DNA of 15,635 nucleotides from Gemmatimonadota bacterium (GCA_036679605.1 JAZDCZ010000253.1:1-15635), one strand, 5' to 3'. Positions 1 to 12,223 are shown, counted from the stretch's first letter. Made by a program: numbers and translations. Notes: generated by a model not told the origin, from the letters alone.

Positions 1-2228
<2,228 letters not shown>

Positions 2229-2235
2229 TCTATGC

Positions 2236-2277
2236 TTATCTCGTCCGTACTCTGTTATCGACACTTCTCGTCCGCAT
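2236..2277 (-). other. Candidate upstream ORF / leader peptide [13 protein letters not shown] before fusA
   Basis: ATG at 2277 to TAA at 2236, with 5 Arg in 13 codons (CGG or AGA). Stop is 7 nt upstream of the fusA GTG at 2228. No clear Shine-Dalgarno sequence. Confidence 0.25.
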
Positions 2278-2279
2278 GG

Positions 2280-2309
2280 CGCTGCCCAAAAAACCTATTC
2301 TTGGCAGCG
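2280..2309 (-). promoter_or_regulatory. RNA hairpin in the fusA leader
   Basis: CGCUGCC/GGCAGCG 7-bp stem, extended by AAGAA/UUUUU across a bulged G. Confidence 0.5.
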
Positions 2310-2358
2310 AAAAAGCGGGGCGACCGTCATCCGCCGTATCGGATAGGTCTCGCTCCGC
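2310..2358 (-). terminator. Intrinsic-terminator-like or attenuator hairpin between rpsG and fusA
   Basis: GCGGAGCGAGACCUAUCCG-AUACGG-CGGAUGACGGUCGCCCCGC forms an interrupted GC-rich stem followed directly by UUUUU. Confidence 0.45.
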
Positions 2359-2361
2359 AAC

Positions 2362-2387
2362 CGTCGGGGAGTTAACTCCCTACGACG
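2362..2387. repeat. Inverted repeat with a perfect 14-bp palindrome GGGAGTTAACTCCC (2367-2380)
   Basis: Minus strand reads CGTCG-TA-GGGAG-TTAA-CTCCC-CGACG. Confidence 0.7.
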
Positions 2388-2437
2388 CAGGATCCCCTTA
2401 AAGCAGGGTTCCCAAATTGTCGGTCTAAGGTTTCATC

Positions 2438-2908
2438 CTACCACCGGTAGTGCGCGAAGGCACGGTTCGCCTCGGCCATCCGATGTGTGTCCTCTTTCTT
2501 CTTAATTGAACTTCCTTCACCCTTCGATGCCATGATCAGCTCACCTGCCAGCCGCTCCGACATCGACTTCTCGCTGCGCTGCCTGCTGAACTGCAGGATC
2601 CAACGCATCGCAAGGGCAGTTCGTCTATCCTGCCGTACCTCTATTGGCACCTGGTACGTGGCTCCACCAACTCTGCGACTCTTCACTTCGAGAGTCGGCC
2701 TGACGTTGCTCAACGCCTGCTTGAACACCTGGACACCAGGCTGCCCCATGCGCTGCTCGATGATATCCATCGACGTGTAGAAAACCCGCTCAGCCACCGA
2801 TTTGCCACCGTCCAGCATCAGATGGTTGATGAACTTCGACACGGTTTGGCTATCGTAACGCGGGTCGGCCGGAATGTGGCGCTTAACCGCTCTCTGCCGC
2901 CTACTCAT
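2438..2908 (-). CDS. rpsG: 30S ribosomal protein S7 (uS7)
   Basis: 156 aa with [15 protein letters not shown] and C-terminal [15 protein letters not shown]. Overlaps the rpsL stop (ATGA). Confidence 0.99.
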   Translation of the reverse strand: MSRRQRAVKRHIPADPRYDSQTVSKFINHLMLDGGKSVAERVFYTSMDIIEQRMGQPGVQVFKQALSNVRPTLEVKSRRVGGATYQVPIEVRQDRRTALAMRWILQFSRQRSEKSMSERLAGELIMASKGEGSSIKKKEDTHRMAEANRAFAHYRW

Positions 2909-3276
2909 TTTGGCTTTTTCGCTCCGTACTTCGACCTACTATTGCGCCGATCGCTGACACCCGATGCATCCAACGTCCCCCGAACTATGTGGTACCTCAC
3001 ACCCGGAAGATCCTTGACCCGACCTCCACGAATGAGGACGATGCTATGCTCCTGAAGGTTGTGTCCCTCGCCCGGTATATAGCTCGTGACCTCAAAACCA
3101 TTCGTGAGCCGTACACGTGCGACTTTCCGGAGAGCCGAATTGGGCTTCTTCGGCGTCGTCGTATAGACACGGGTGCACACGCCACGCTTCTGAGGGTTTC
3201 CCTTGAGCGCGGGCGCTTTGTCAGCCTTCTGAACAACCTTTCGCCCACGGCGGACGAGCTGATTAATCGTCGGCAT
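2905..3276 (-). CDS. rpsL: 30S ribosomal protein S12 (uS12)
   Basis: MPTINQLVR start (ATG at 3276, not the track's 3285). Motifs [33 protein letters not shown]. 123 aa. Confidence 0.99.
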   Translation of the reverse strand: MPTINQLVRRGRKVVQKADKAPALKGNPQKRGVCTRVYTTTPKKPNSALRKVARVRLTNGFEVTSYIPGEGHNLQEHSIVLIRGGRVKDLPGVRYHIVRGTLDASGVSDRRNSRSKYGAKKPK

Positions 3277-3299
3277 TCCACCCAATTCCAGAAATTTGA

Positions 3300-3326
3300 C
3301 CCCTCCCCGACAAAGTCGAGGAGGGG
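3300..3326 (-). promoter_or_regulatory. Strong hairpin in the rpsL 5' UTR
   Basis: CCCCUCCUCGAC-UUU-GUCGGGGAGGGG: 12 bp including one G-U pair, between the predicted promoter and the rpsL start. Confidence 0.6.
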
Positions 3327-3346
3327 CGATTTACCACAGAACTATA

Positions 3347-3375
3347 AACTTAGATGGCATAACCGGTTAGGTCAA
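3347..3375 (-). promoter_or_regulatory. Sigma70-type promoter of the str operon
   Basis: -35 TTGACC (3375-3370), 17-nt spacer, -10 TAAGTT (3352-3347). Sits in the rpoC-rpsL spacer, where this promoter is expected. Confidence 0.7.
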
Positions 3376-3409
3376 CCCACTCGTCCGGCCGCTCCCCTAG
3401 AGTTCGGCC

Positions 3410-6400
3410 CTACGCCCCCGCTTTTGCGGTCTCCTTGGGCACGGCGATAAATGGACTTGGCGCTGCCGTCTCCTCACCCAGTTCCGGCGGGGGTGGAGGG
3501 GGTTCGAAGCCCTCGGGCGGCTCAATTTCGATATCAGCATACCTGTAAATTCCCGTGCCGGCCGGGATCAAGTGCCCGATTATGATATTCTCTTTCAGTC
3601 CCAGAAGATCGTCCTTCGCTCCCCGAATCGCTGCATCGGTGAGAACTCGCGTTGTCTCCTGGAAAGACGCTGACGAAATGAACGACTGCGTCGTAAGCGA
3701 CGCTTTGGTAATGCCCAGTAACAGCGGCTCACTCTTGGCCGGATTGCCGCCCTTCTTTATGACACGCTCATTCTTGTCACGGAAAATGACCTTATCAACA
3801 TTTTCGTCTTCCAGACAGTCGGCGTCACCCGGGTCAACCACTTTCACCTTCTGAAGCATCTGCCTCACTATGACACCGATGTGCTTGTCGTTGATCCTGA
3901 CCCCCTGAAGCCGATAGACCTCCTGCACCTCATTCAGAAGGTATTCCTGAACGGCCCTTGGTCCCTTGATCCTCAGGATATCGTGGGGATTGACAGCTCC
4001 TTCTGACAGACGATCCCCCGCCCATACCCTGTCACCTTCGTGGACTCTAAGGTGTTTTCCGGCAGGCACATCATAGACCTGAGCTTCTCCTGCCTCGGGG
4101 TGAACAAAGATTTCTCTCTTGCCACGCTTGATCGTGCCAAACTTCACGACTCCATCGATCTCGGATATCGTCGCAGGATCCTTGGGGCGCCTGGCCTCGA
4201 ACAGCTCAGCGACTCGGGGCAAACCACCTGTAATATCCCTGGTCTTGTAAGCTTCCCGAGAAATTTTTGCCAGCACGTAGCCCGCCTTTACTTCCTGGCC
4301 ATCTTGTACCGTGAGCTGGGCTCCCTCAGGCATTACATAATCCCGGACCTTCTTTTCCTTCCCACCCTTCTTCTGAACGATCTCAATATGCGGGTGCAGC
4401 TTTTTATCCCGGTCTTCGACGATCATGCGCTGCCTCAAACCAGTTATCTCATCGAGTTCCTCGCTCACGGTCTCTTCATCTACGATATCGACCAACTTTG
4501 CCACGCCCGTGACATCCGTCATTATGGGGTTGGTATAAGGATCCCAAGTAAACAGGAGATCATCACGCTCGATGGTCTGCCCGTCGGTCACAGCCAGCGT
4601 AGCACCTATCGGAACCTGGAACCTGGAGCGGACTTGCCCGTCTTCCGCCTCCAGAACTAGCTCTCCTTCGTATCCTGTTACCAGGGTGGCACCATCAGCA
4701 TTTACAACCTGCAACCGACTACTGTAGCGAATAACACCGGCTAGCTTACTCTTGCGCGCCGTCTGTTCGGCGATTCTGGCCGCTGTACCACCAATGTGGA
4801 AAGTTCTCAGCGTCAACTGAGTACCCGGCTCACCTATCGATTGCGCCGCGATAATGCCTACGGCTTCACCCAAGTCGACCATCTTCATCGTCGCGAGATT
4901 GCGACCGTAACACATCCGACACATCCCTCGCCTGGCTTCACACGTCAGAACCGAGCGAATCCGGACCGTTTCTACTCCTGCATCTTCAATAGCACCTGCC
5001 GCTTCCTCGTCGATCAGTTCGCCGGCCGGAGCCAATAGCCTAGGATCTCCGTGTTCGTCCAACTCGTGAGGGTCAACCACGTCTTCAGCGGCTACGTTGC
5101 CGACGATCCGCTCTGCCAGCGGCTGTATGACATCCTCACCCTCCTTAAGTGCAGCGACTTCCAGTCCCAGTATGGTTCCGCAATCCTCTTCCGAAATCGT
5201 CACGTCCTGAGCAACGTCCACCAACCTTCGGGTCAAATAGCCGGCGTCGGCCGTCTTGAGCGCAGTATCTGCCAATCCCTTCCGCGCTCCGTGTGTTGAT
5301 ATGAAGTACTCTAGAACCGTTAGGCCCTCTCGGAAATTTGACTTGATGGGGCTTTCGATTACTTCACCAACTCCCCCTGTAAGCTTCTTTTGCGGTTTCG
5401 CCATTAAGCCTCGCATGCCCGCAAGCTGCCTTATCTGGTCGCGGCTACCGCGGCTACCCGAATCGAACATCATGAACACAGGATTGAAGCCCCCGTGCGA
5501 CTTTGCGAGATTGGCAACCATCACGCTCGCGATGTCGTTGTTGGCGTGCGTCCACGCATCGATCACCTTGTTATATCGTTCTCCGAAAGTGATTTGTCCG
5601 GTAGCGTACGCCTCCTGGAATCGCTCCACTCGGATACTCGCCTCTTGGATGATCTCCGCCTTCTCATCTGGAATCTCGAGATCTTCGACACCAATGGAGA
5701 TTCCTCCAAGCGTGGCATAGCGAAATCCGAAATTCTTTAGCTGGTCGAGGAAATCGACCGTCTCGGCAAGTCCGGCCCCTCTGTACGACTCAAACACTAT
5801 ATCGGACAAGGTACGCTTCCGCATAACGACATTCTGGAAACCCAGTTGAGCCACCAGTCTGCGCGGCAGTATTCCATTGAACAGTACTCGTCCTGCAGTC
5901 GTACGGATCCACTTTGCTTCTGGTGCTTCCGCCCCCTTCGGTGGTGCGAACCAAAACTCTATGGGTGAATGAAACTCGAGCCTCCCGGTCGCCACCGCGC
6001 TTTCGACCTCAGCTAGCGATCCAAAATGCCGTGCCTCCACCTTGGCGTCATCGAGATCGCCTACCACCTTCGTCAGGAAATAACACCCGAGCACCATGTC
6101 CTGACTTGGCTCGGTAACTGGCCGGCCATCAGACGGCCTGAGGACGTTGTTGCTCGATATCATGAGCACTCGGGCCTCTATTTGAGCCTCGAACGAAAGC
6201 GGCACATGAACGGCCATTTGATCGCCATCGAAATCCGCGTTGAATGCCGCGCAGACGAGAGGGTGAATTCGAATCGCTTTCCCCTCAACCAATACTGGCT
6301 CGAAGGCCTGGATACCCAATCTATGGAGCGTCGGCGCACGGTTCAGCAAGACGGGGTGGTCCTGAATGATTTCCTCTAGGATCTCATAGACCTCCGGACT

Positions 6401-7693
6401 CTCGCCCTCGACGATCTTCTTCGCCCTCTTAACAGTCTCTGCTATTCCCTTCTCGACAAGCTTGTGGATTATGAACGGTTTGAAGAGTTCGACAGCCATG
6501 GCTTTGGGAAGGCCACATTGATGCAGGCGAAGCTCGGGACCCACGACGATAACCGAGCGGCCCGAGTAGTCGACGCGCTTGCCCAGGAGATTCTGCCGGA
6601 ACCTTCCCTGTTTTCCCTTCAGCATATCGGACAGTGACTTGAGAGGACGCTTGCCGCGACCTCTAATAGCCTTGGAACGACGGCCGTTATCGAACAGGGC
6701 GTCCACAGACTCCTGAAGCATCCGCCTCTCGTTGCGGAGAATGACCTCTGGAGCACGATGTTGAATCAACTTCTGAAGCCGGTTGTTCCTATTGATTACC
6801 CGCCTATATAGATCATTCAAATCGCTGGTCGCGAACCGGCCGCCATCCAGCGGTACCAGCGGTCGTAAATCCGGTGGAATAACAGGAACTACGCTCAGAA
6901 TCATCCACGCTGGATTATTTCTGTCACTTGGATCGTCTCCGCCTGAGCCACGGAAAGCATCGATTATCTTGAGGCGCTTCAGCGTCTGCTTCTTGCGGTG
7001 TTGACTAGTTTCGGTAAGAAGACTCTTGCGCAACTCTTGGGCGACTTTGTCAACATCGAGGCTTTCCAACAGTTCTCGGAGAGCGGGCGCACCAATCGCG
7101 GCACGAAATGCCGTATCACCCTCCTGCTTAGCCTTTTCCATCAGCGCCAGGTAGGTTTCTTCATCAATCAGCTCTTTCTCTTTTGCTTCCTGCTCACCGG
7201 GGTCAATCACGATGTAATTCGTGTAGTAGATGACCTTCTCGGTGTCACGCAGCGTAAGATCGAGGAGATTCCCCATGGGGCTTGGCAGCGTTTTGAAGAA
7301 CCAGATGTGTGCCACAGGAACGGCTAACTCGATGTGGCCCATCCGCTCGCGCCGCACCTTCGATAGCGTGACTTCCACACCGCATCTGTCACACACGACA
7401 CCACGGTACCGGATTCTCTTGTATTTCCCACAGTGGCACTCCCAGTCCTTCACCGGGCCGAAAATGCGTTCACAGAACAAGCCGTCCTTTTCGGGCTTGA
7501 AGGACCGGTAGTTGATTGTCTCCGGCTTTGTAACCTCTCCCCAAGACCACCATTCACGGTGTCCTTGTATCACCAATCGTTCGCGCTCCTTGGGATCCTT
7601 CGGCCCCCTAATTTCTTCTGGACTGGCGATGCGGATGCGGATGTAGTCGAAGCTAGTTCCCCGCTGTTCACGTACGCTACGAAAATCGATCAT
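3410..7693 (-). CDS. rpoC: DNA-directed RNA polymerase subunit beta'
   Basis: 1427 aa with catalytic NADFDGD, Zn ribbon CHC...[14 protein letters not shown], bridge helix and trigger loop ([23 protein letters not shown]). Confidence 0.99.
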   Translation of the reverse strand: MIDFRSVREQRGTSFDYIRIRIASPEEIRGPKDPKERERLVIQGHREWWSWGEVTKPETINYRSFKPEKDGLFCERIFGPVKDWECHCGKYKRIRYRGVVCDRCGVEVTLSKVRRERMGHIELAVPVAHIWFFKTLPSPMGNLLDLTLRDTEKVIYYTNYIVIDPGEQEAKEKELIDEETYLALMEKAKQEGDTAFRAAIGAPALRELLESLDVDKVAQELRKSLLTETSQHRKKQTLKRLKIIDAFRGSGGDDPSDRNNPAWMILSVVPVIPPDLRPLVPLDGGRFATSDLNDLYRRVINRNNRLQKLIQHRAPEVILRNERRMLQESVDALFDNGRRSKAIRGRGKRPLKSLSDMLKGKQGRFRQNLLGKRVDYSGRSVIVVGPELRLHQCGLPKAMAVELFKPFIIHKLVEKGIAETVKRAKKIVEGESPEVYEILEEIIQDHPVLLNRAPTLHRLGIQAFEPVLVEGKAIRIHPLVCAAFNADFDGDQMAVHVPLSFEAQIEARVLMISSNNVLRPSDGRPVTEPSQDMVLGCYFLTKVVGDLDDAKVEARHFGSLAEVESAVATGRLEFHSPIEFWFAPPKGAEAPEAKWIRTTAGRVLFNGILPRRLVAQLGFQNVVMRKRTLSDIVFESYRGAGLAETVDFLDQLKNFGFRYATLGGISIGVEDLEIPDEKAEIIQEASIRVERFQEAYATGQITFGERYNKVIDAWTHANNDIASVMVANLAKSHGGFNPVFMMFDSGSRGSRDQIRQLAGMRGLMAKPQKKLTGGVGEVIESPIKSNFREGLTVLEYFISTHGARKGLADTALKTADAGYLTRRLVDVAQDVTISEEDCGTILGLEVAALKEGEDVIQPLAERIVGNVAAEDVVDPHELDEHGDPRLLAPAGELIDEEAAGAIEDAGVETVRIRSVLTCEARRGMCRMCYGRNLATMKMVDLGEAVGIIAAQSIGEPGTQLTLRTFHIGGTAARIAEQTARKSKLAGVIRYSSRLQVVNADGATLVTGYEGELVLEAEDGQVRSRFQVPIGATLAVTDGQTIERDDLLFTWDPYTNPIMTDVTGVAKLVDIVDEETVSEELDEITGLRQRMIVEDRDKKLHPHIEIVQKKGGKEKKVRDYVMPEGAQLTVQDGQEVKAGYVLAKISREAYKTRDITGGLPRVAELFEARRPKDPATISEIDGVVKFGTIKRGKREIFVHPEAGEAQVYDVPAGKHLRVHEGDRVWAGDRLSEGAVNPHDILRIKGPRAVQEYLLNEVQEVYRLQGVRINDKHIGVIVRQMLQKVKVVDPGDADCLEDENVDKVIFRDKNERVIKKGGNPAKSEPLLLGITKASLTTQSFISSASFQETTRVLTDAAIRGAKDDLLGLKENIIIGHLIPAGTGIYRYADIEIEPPEGFEPPPPPPELGEETAAPSPFIAVPKETAKAGA

Positions 7694-7701
7694 CTTTGTT
7701 C

Positions 7702-10700
7702 CTACTCCTCGCCGTCGTCGGTTTTGCCGAGAGTGATCTTGAGCCCAAGCGCCTGTAGTTCTTTTACTAGGACATTGAAGGACTCTGGTATTCCAGGATC
7801 CGGAAGGTTCTGCCCCTTCACTATCGCCTCGTACACACGACTGCGTCCGTTAACATCGTCCGATTTGACAGTAAGCATCTCCTGGAGTGTGTGCGCCGCT
7901 CCATATGCTTCGAGCGCCCACACCTCCATCTCGCCAAAGCGTTGGCCTCCGAACTGCGCTTTGCCCGCCAGCGGTTGCTGTGTGACCAAGCTGTAAGGAC
8001 CAATAGACCGCGCATGGATCTTGTCGTCCACGAGATGTGACAACTTCAACATGTAGATCGACCCAACTGTTACTTCGGACGCGAACCACTCACCGCTCCG
8101 CCCATCTCGCAAACGGCACTTGCCGGTCGGTCTCAGTCCAGCGAGTCGCTGCAAGTCTATGGCCGCACCCTCTATGTCTGCGTCCTTCTTCGCGCCGAGC
8201 ATGCTAGCCAAGCCCGGGAGTCCCATGGAACTGAGAAGTGCATTCGGTTCCATGTCCTTGACCTTCTGGACGATTTTCAACCCCGCCTTGAGTTCCGAGG
8301 TCTGATCCTTCGAGTGTTCATCGGCATCCGCTTCAAGCCTGGCCCGATGATACTCCTCCTGCAATTCCACCTCATGTTGCTGGCGGGATACAATCTCTTT
8401 GGCCGCCCCTATCAGATACTCGCGCAAGTCGTGATAAACGTCGCGAGTATCTTGCGACACACTCCTTCCGCTCAGCCGGTCGAGGTGGATGTTCGTCAGG
8501 CTCGGGCGGTCTCCATTGGTTGCTGGGAGTTTGCCTAGATCAGCCAGCAGCTGTCTAATCGATTTGTTGCTTAGGTCGGGGCGCTTAGTCTTGAGCTTCA
8601 GCGCATCTCCCGCCCATTTGAGGTTGGCGAGCGAAAGGACCAGTCCAACTTCGTCTTCTCGCGCACCCTGGAATACCGGCGTTTCCGCCTTGAACCCGAG
8701 AATACGTGCTGCCCAACCCAGGTGGGTCTCCAGCACCTGTCCGACATTCATCCGGCTTGGCACGCCAAGAGGGTTCAGGACTATGTCAACGGGAGTGCCG
8801 TCCGGCAGAAACGGCATGTCTTCCTCGGGAACGATTCGCGCTATGATACCTTTGTTGCCATGTCGGCCGGCCATCTTGTCGCCCACCGATATCTTGCGCT
8901 TCTCGGCCAGATATACTTTGACAAGCTGAATCACACCTGGAGGCAGCTCGTCCGGTTGAAGGATCTTATCGATTTGATCCTCTGCCTTCTCCTCCATCCT
9001 GGCCTTCTCCCGGTTGGCAGCATCGACGCCAGCGCGAATGCGCTCATTGGCCGTTGCGTTGGCCACGCGGAGAGTCTTTAGATCGACATCATCAAGATCG
9101 ACATCCGATAGCACGTCCTTCGACAATTTCGTGCCCTCGGCCAAGTACTCCTCGATAGTGCCGCTCTTCAACATGACGACTACTTCTTGGTTGCGGAGAA
9201 TGTCTTGCAACTCACCGCGCAAGGCTACGCCTACGCGCGCCTTCTCCGAGTTCTCGAGTTGACGAACCTCGCCGATGCGCTCTCCTCGATCCTTCTCAAC
9301 AACTTGGTCCTCGACTCGGGAAAAGATTTTCGCGTCTATCACGACGCCTTCCATTCCTGGAGAGACCTTCAGAGACGAGTCCTTTACATCCTTCGCTTTT
9401 TCACCGAAAATCGCCGTCAACAACTTTTCCTCAGGTGACAGCTCGGTTTCGCCCTTCGGCGTGATCTTTCCGACCAGAATGTCGCCGGTCTTAACGTGGG
9501 CGCCAATCCGCACGATCCCCCGCTCGTCCAAATCCACGAGCGCTTCCTCGGCAACGTTGGGGATCTCCCTGGTAATCTCCTCTTGGCCGCGCTTCGTGTC
9601 TCGCACGTGCAATTCGAGTTCTTGAATGTGTATCGAGCTGAACGTATCGTCCTTCACCAAGCGCTCAGAAAGCACTATCGCGTCTTCGAAGTTGTGACCG
9701 TACCAAGGCATGAACGCCACCATGACATTTGCCCCCAGCGCCAGATGTCCTCGGTCCGTAGCATGTCCGTCGGCTATGATTTGACCGGCCGGCACTTCCT
9801 GCCCGACATGCACCAAGGGACGCTGGTTAATCGCTGTATCCTGATTGGTCCGCCAAAACTTCTTCAGTTGAAACCGATCATGTTGCATGAGCATGGCAAG
9901 CGGTTCACCGCGGCTCTTTTTTCTGTTGACTCCCGTGTCAATGATGATTTCGTTTGCACTAACCTTGCTGACGATGCCATCTCTCGGTGCGACCAAGACG
10001 GAACCGGAATCCCTAGCCGCCTTTTCTTCGAGCCCGGTTCCCACCAACGGGGCCTGTGGAAAGAGCAGTGGTACTGCTTGCCGCTGCATATTGCTTCCCA
10101 TGAGGGCCCGATTCGCGTCGTCATGCTCGAGAAAGGGGATTAGGGCCGCAGCCACCGAGACCAGCTGGTCTGGGGCCACATCCATGAAATCAATCCGATT
10201 CGGCGAAAGCATCGGGTAGTCATCACGTTTCCGACATAGAGCGAATTCGTTGACGAATCTGTTGTTCTCATCGAGAGGAGCATTGGCCTGCGCTACGGCG
10301 TATTCTTCTTCCTCTGACGCCGACAGCCACTCGATCTCGTCTGTGACCACGCCCTTACGCACACGTCTGTAAGGAGTCTCTAGGAAACCCAGTTCATTTA
10401 CACGAGCGAAGGTCGACAGACTAGTAATCAGGCCAATGTTCGGACCTTCCGGTGTCTCGATCGGACACATGCGTCCATATTGTGAGTAATGGACGTCACG
10501 TACTTCGAACCCCGCACGCTCCCTCGTGAGTCCTCCTGGGCCAAGCGCACTCAGGCGTCTCTTGTGGGTCAACTCGGCCAGTGGATTCGTCTGATCCATG
10601 AACTGCGAAAGCTGCGAGCTTCCGAAGAATGCCTGGATCACAGCGCTCACTGTGCGGGCATTCACCAGATCGTCCAGCGTGATCTTTTCAGGATCGTTAT

Positions 10701-12195
10701 TGATGCTCATGCGTTCTTTCATGAGCCGGGCCATGCGAGAAAGCCCCACCGAAAACTGGTTGGCTATTAGTTCGCCAACGGTGCGCACCCGCCTGTTACC
10801 TAGATGATCGATATCGTCGGTAAACCCTCGCCCTTCTGAAAGTTCGAGCAAGTAACGGATGATGGCAACGAAATCCTCCTTGGTGAGGACACTGTGATCT
10901 TCGCTGACATTGACCTTCAGCCGCTGATTGATCTTATACCTTCCGACCTTGCCGAGATCGTAACGCTTGGGGTTGAAGAAGAGCCGGTCGAGAGCCGCCC
11001 GCGCGGTCTCAAGATTTGGAGCCTGTCCCGGACGTAGCAATGAGTAGATTTGCTGCAACGCCTCTGCCTCCGACGAGGTCGGATCCTTGCCGAGCGTCTG
11101 CTTAATCACCTGAGATTCAACGCGTGCGGAACTCCGCAGCACGTCTATCTTGGTCACCCCTGCTTTGATCAACTTATTCTGGAGCGTTACCGACACTTCC
11201 TTGCCGGCCCGTGCGATCACTTCCCCGGTCTTGGGATGGGGCACGTCAAACGCCAACGTCCTTTTTTCGTTCTCATCGCGTGCCGTCGTCGGATTGTCGT
11301 CGTCTCTCAGATCAATTGTGGAATATCGTGCAAAGACACGAAGGGATTTTACTCCCGCCTTCCGCAGCTCGTCGTAAAGGTCAGTCGTTAGTTCATCCCC
11401 CTCGTTCGCCAGAGCCTCGCCATCCTTGTCCTCGGGATTCGCAATCGTCTCCGCAACAAGGGATCCAAGGATCTGGCGCCGGAATTGTCGCTCGTCCAGT
11501 TCTTTAGAGAGAACGATCTTGGTAGTCGCATAGAACAATCGCAGGATATCGCTCTCAGACCCATGGCCCAACGCTCTCAAAAGGGCTGTGGCAGGGAACT
11601 TTTTCTTCTTATCAATGTGGACGTAAATGACATCATGAATGTCAATTGTAAACTCAACCCACGAACCTCGGAACGGAATTATCCTGGCACTGAAGAGCCG
11701 TTGACCATTCGGGTGAATACTCTCTTCAAACACAACGCCGGGAGATCTATGTAGCTGCGATACGACTACGCGCTCGGCGCCGTTGATAACAAACGTCCCA
11801 AGCGGAGTAATGATCGGAAGCTCGCCAAGATAGACTTCCTTCTCCAAAATATTCTTGGGACGAACGACATCTCCTTCAACACTCTCATTGATTATCAGCC
11901 GAAGCTTGGCCTTGAGGGAGGCCGAATACGTCATGTCCCGCTCTACGCACTCCGAAACACTGTATTTCGGCTCACCCAAACTATAGGAGACGAACTCAAG
12001 CGAATAGTTACCGTTGACGTCGGTAACTGGAAAAGCATCCTGAAAGACCCGTCCCAACGCGATGTCGGCGCGTTTCGCCGTCTCGTCGGAACGCAGCAGC
12101 GCCTGGAAGCACCCAATCTGAATATCGAGAAGGTGGGGCATTGGCATGCCCTGCTCCAACTTGGCAAACGAAATGGTCGGAATAGTCGTTGTCAT
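7702..12195 (-). CDS. rpoB: DNA-directed RNA polymerase subunit beta
   Basis: 1497 aa with [58 protein letters not shown] Shine-Dalgarno upstream of the ATG. Confidence 0.99.
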   Translation of the reverse strand: MTTTIPTISFAKLEQGMPMPHLLDIQIGCFQALLRSDETAKRADIALGRVFQDAFPVTDVNGNYSLEFVSYSLGEPKYSVSECVERDMTYSASLKAKLRLIINESVEGDVVRPKNILEKEVYLGELPIITPLGTFVINGAERVVVSQLHRSPGVVFEESIHPNGQRLFSARIIPFRGSWVEFTIDIHDVIYVHIDKKKKFPATALLRALGHGSESDILRLFYATTKIVLSKELDERQFRRQILGSLVAETIANPEDKDGEALANEGDELTTDLYDELRKAGVKSLRVFARYSTIDLRDDDNPTTARDENEKRTLAFDVPHPKTGEVIARAGKEVSVTLQNKLIKAGVTKIDVLRSSARVESQVIKQTLGKDPTSSEAEALQQIYSLLRPGQAPNLETARAALDRLFFNPKRYDLGKVGRYKINQRLKVNVSEDHSVLTKEDFVAIIRYLLELSEGRGFTDDIDHLGNRRVRTVGELIANQFSVGLSRMARLMKERMSINNDPEKITLDDLVNARTVSAVIQAFFGSSQLSQFMDQTNPLAELTHKRRLSALGPGGLTRERAGFEVRDVHYSQYGRMCPIETPEGPNIGLITSLSTFARVNELGFLETPYRRVRKGVVTDEIEWLSASEEEEYAVAQANAPLDENNRFVNEFALCRKRDDYPMLSPNRIDFMDVAPDQLVSVAAALIPFLEHDDANRALMGSNMQRQAVPLLFPQAPLVGTGLEEKAARDSGSVLVAPRDGIVSKVSANEIIIDTGVNRKKSRGEPLAMLMQHDRFQLKKFWRTNQDTAINQRPLVHVGQEVPAGQIIADGHATDRGHLALGANVMVAFMPWYGHNFEDAIVLSERLVKDDTFSSIHIQELELHVRDTKRGQEEITREIPNVAEEALVDLDERGIVRIGAHVKTGDILVGKITPKGETELSPEEKLLTAIFGEKAKDVKDSSLKVSPGMEGVVIDAKIFSRVEDQVVEKDRGERIGEVRQLENSEKARVGVALRGELQDILRNQEVVVMLKSGTIEEYLAEGTKLSKDVLSDVDLDDVDLKTLRVANATANERIRAGVDAANREKARMEEKAEDQIDKILQPDELPPGVIQLVKVYLAEKRKISVGDKMAGRHGNKGIIARIVPEEDMPFLPDGTPVDIVLNPLGVPSRMNVGQVLETHLGWAARILGFKAETPVFQGAREDEVGLVLSLANLKWAGDALKLKTKRPDLSNKSIRQLLADLGKLPATNGDRPSLTNIHLDRLSGRSVSQDTRDVYHDLREYLIGAAKEIVSRQQHEVELQEEYHRARLEADADEHSKDQTSELKAGLKIVQKVKDMEPNALLSSMGLPGLASMLGAKKDADIEGAAIDLQRLAGLRPTGKCRLRDGRSGEWFASEVTVGSIYMLKLSHLVDDKIHARSIGPYSLVTQQPLAGKAQFGGQRFGEMEVWALEAYGAAHTLQEMLTVKSDDVNGRSRVYEAIVKGQNLPDPGIPESFNVLVKELQALGLKITLGKTDDGEE

Positions 12196-12223
12196 TTCAT
12201 ATCCTTAAAAGCAACACAAAATT

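Noticed and set aside
3005..3160. Possible streptomycin-resistance alleles in S12
   Set aside because: TPKKPNS and RVKDLPG are the wild-type motifs.
2239..3387. CGGACGAG recurring in the fusA leader (twice) and upstream of the rpsL promoter as a shared regulatory motif or CRISPR-like repeat
   Set aside because: Only 8-9 nt long, not regularly spaced, and compatible with chance in GC-rich DNA.
3387..3409. GGCCG...CGGCC stem right after the rpoC stop as a terminator
   Set aside because: The stem is short and interrupted and has no U-tract, so it is not supportable as an intrinsic terminator.
8140..8625. Intein as the explanation for the oversized RpoB
   Set aside because: No N-terminal Cys/Ser block, no His-Asn followed by Cys/Ser/Thr, and no LAGLIDADG motif.
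10530..10630. RpoB rifampicin cluster has Ala at the position of E. coli S522 ([13 protein letters not shown])
   Set aside because: The same sequence is wild type in rifampicin-sensitive Bacillus subtilis, and the key Q, D, H and S residues are intact.
12192..12200. Mini-ORF ATG AAA TGA overlapping the rpoB start
   Set aside because: Its ATG is only 1 nt from the AAGGA SD, whose spacing fits the rpoB ATG instead. Likely chance.
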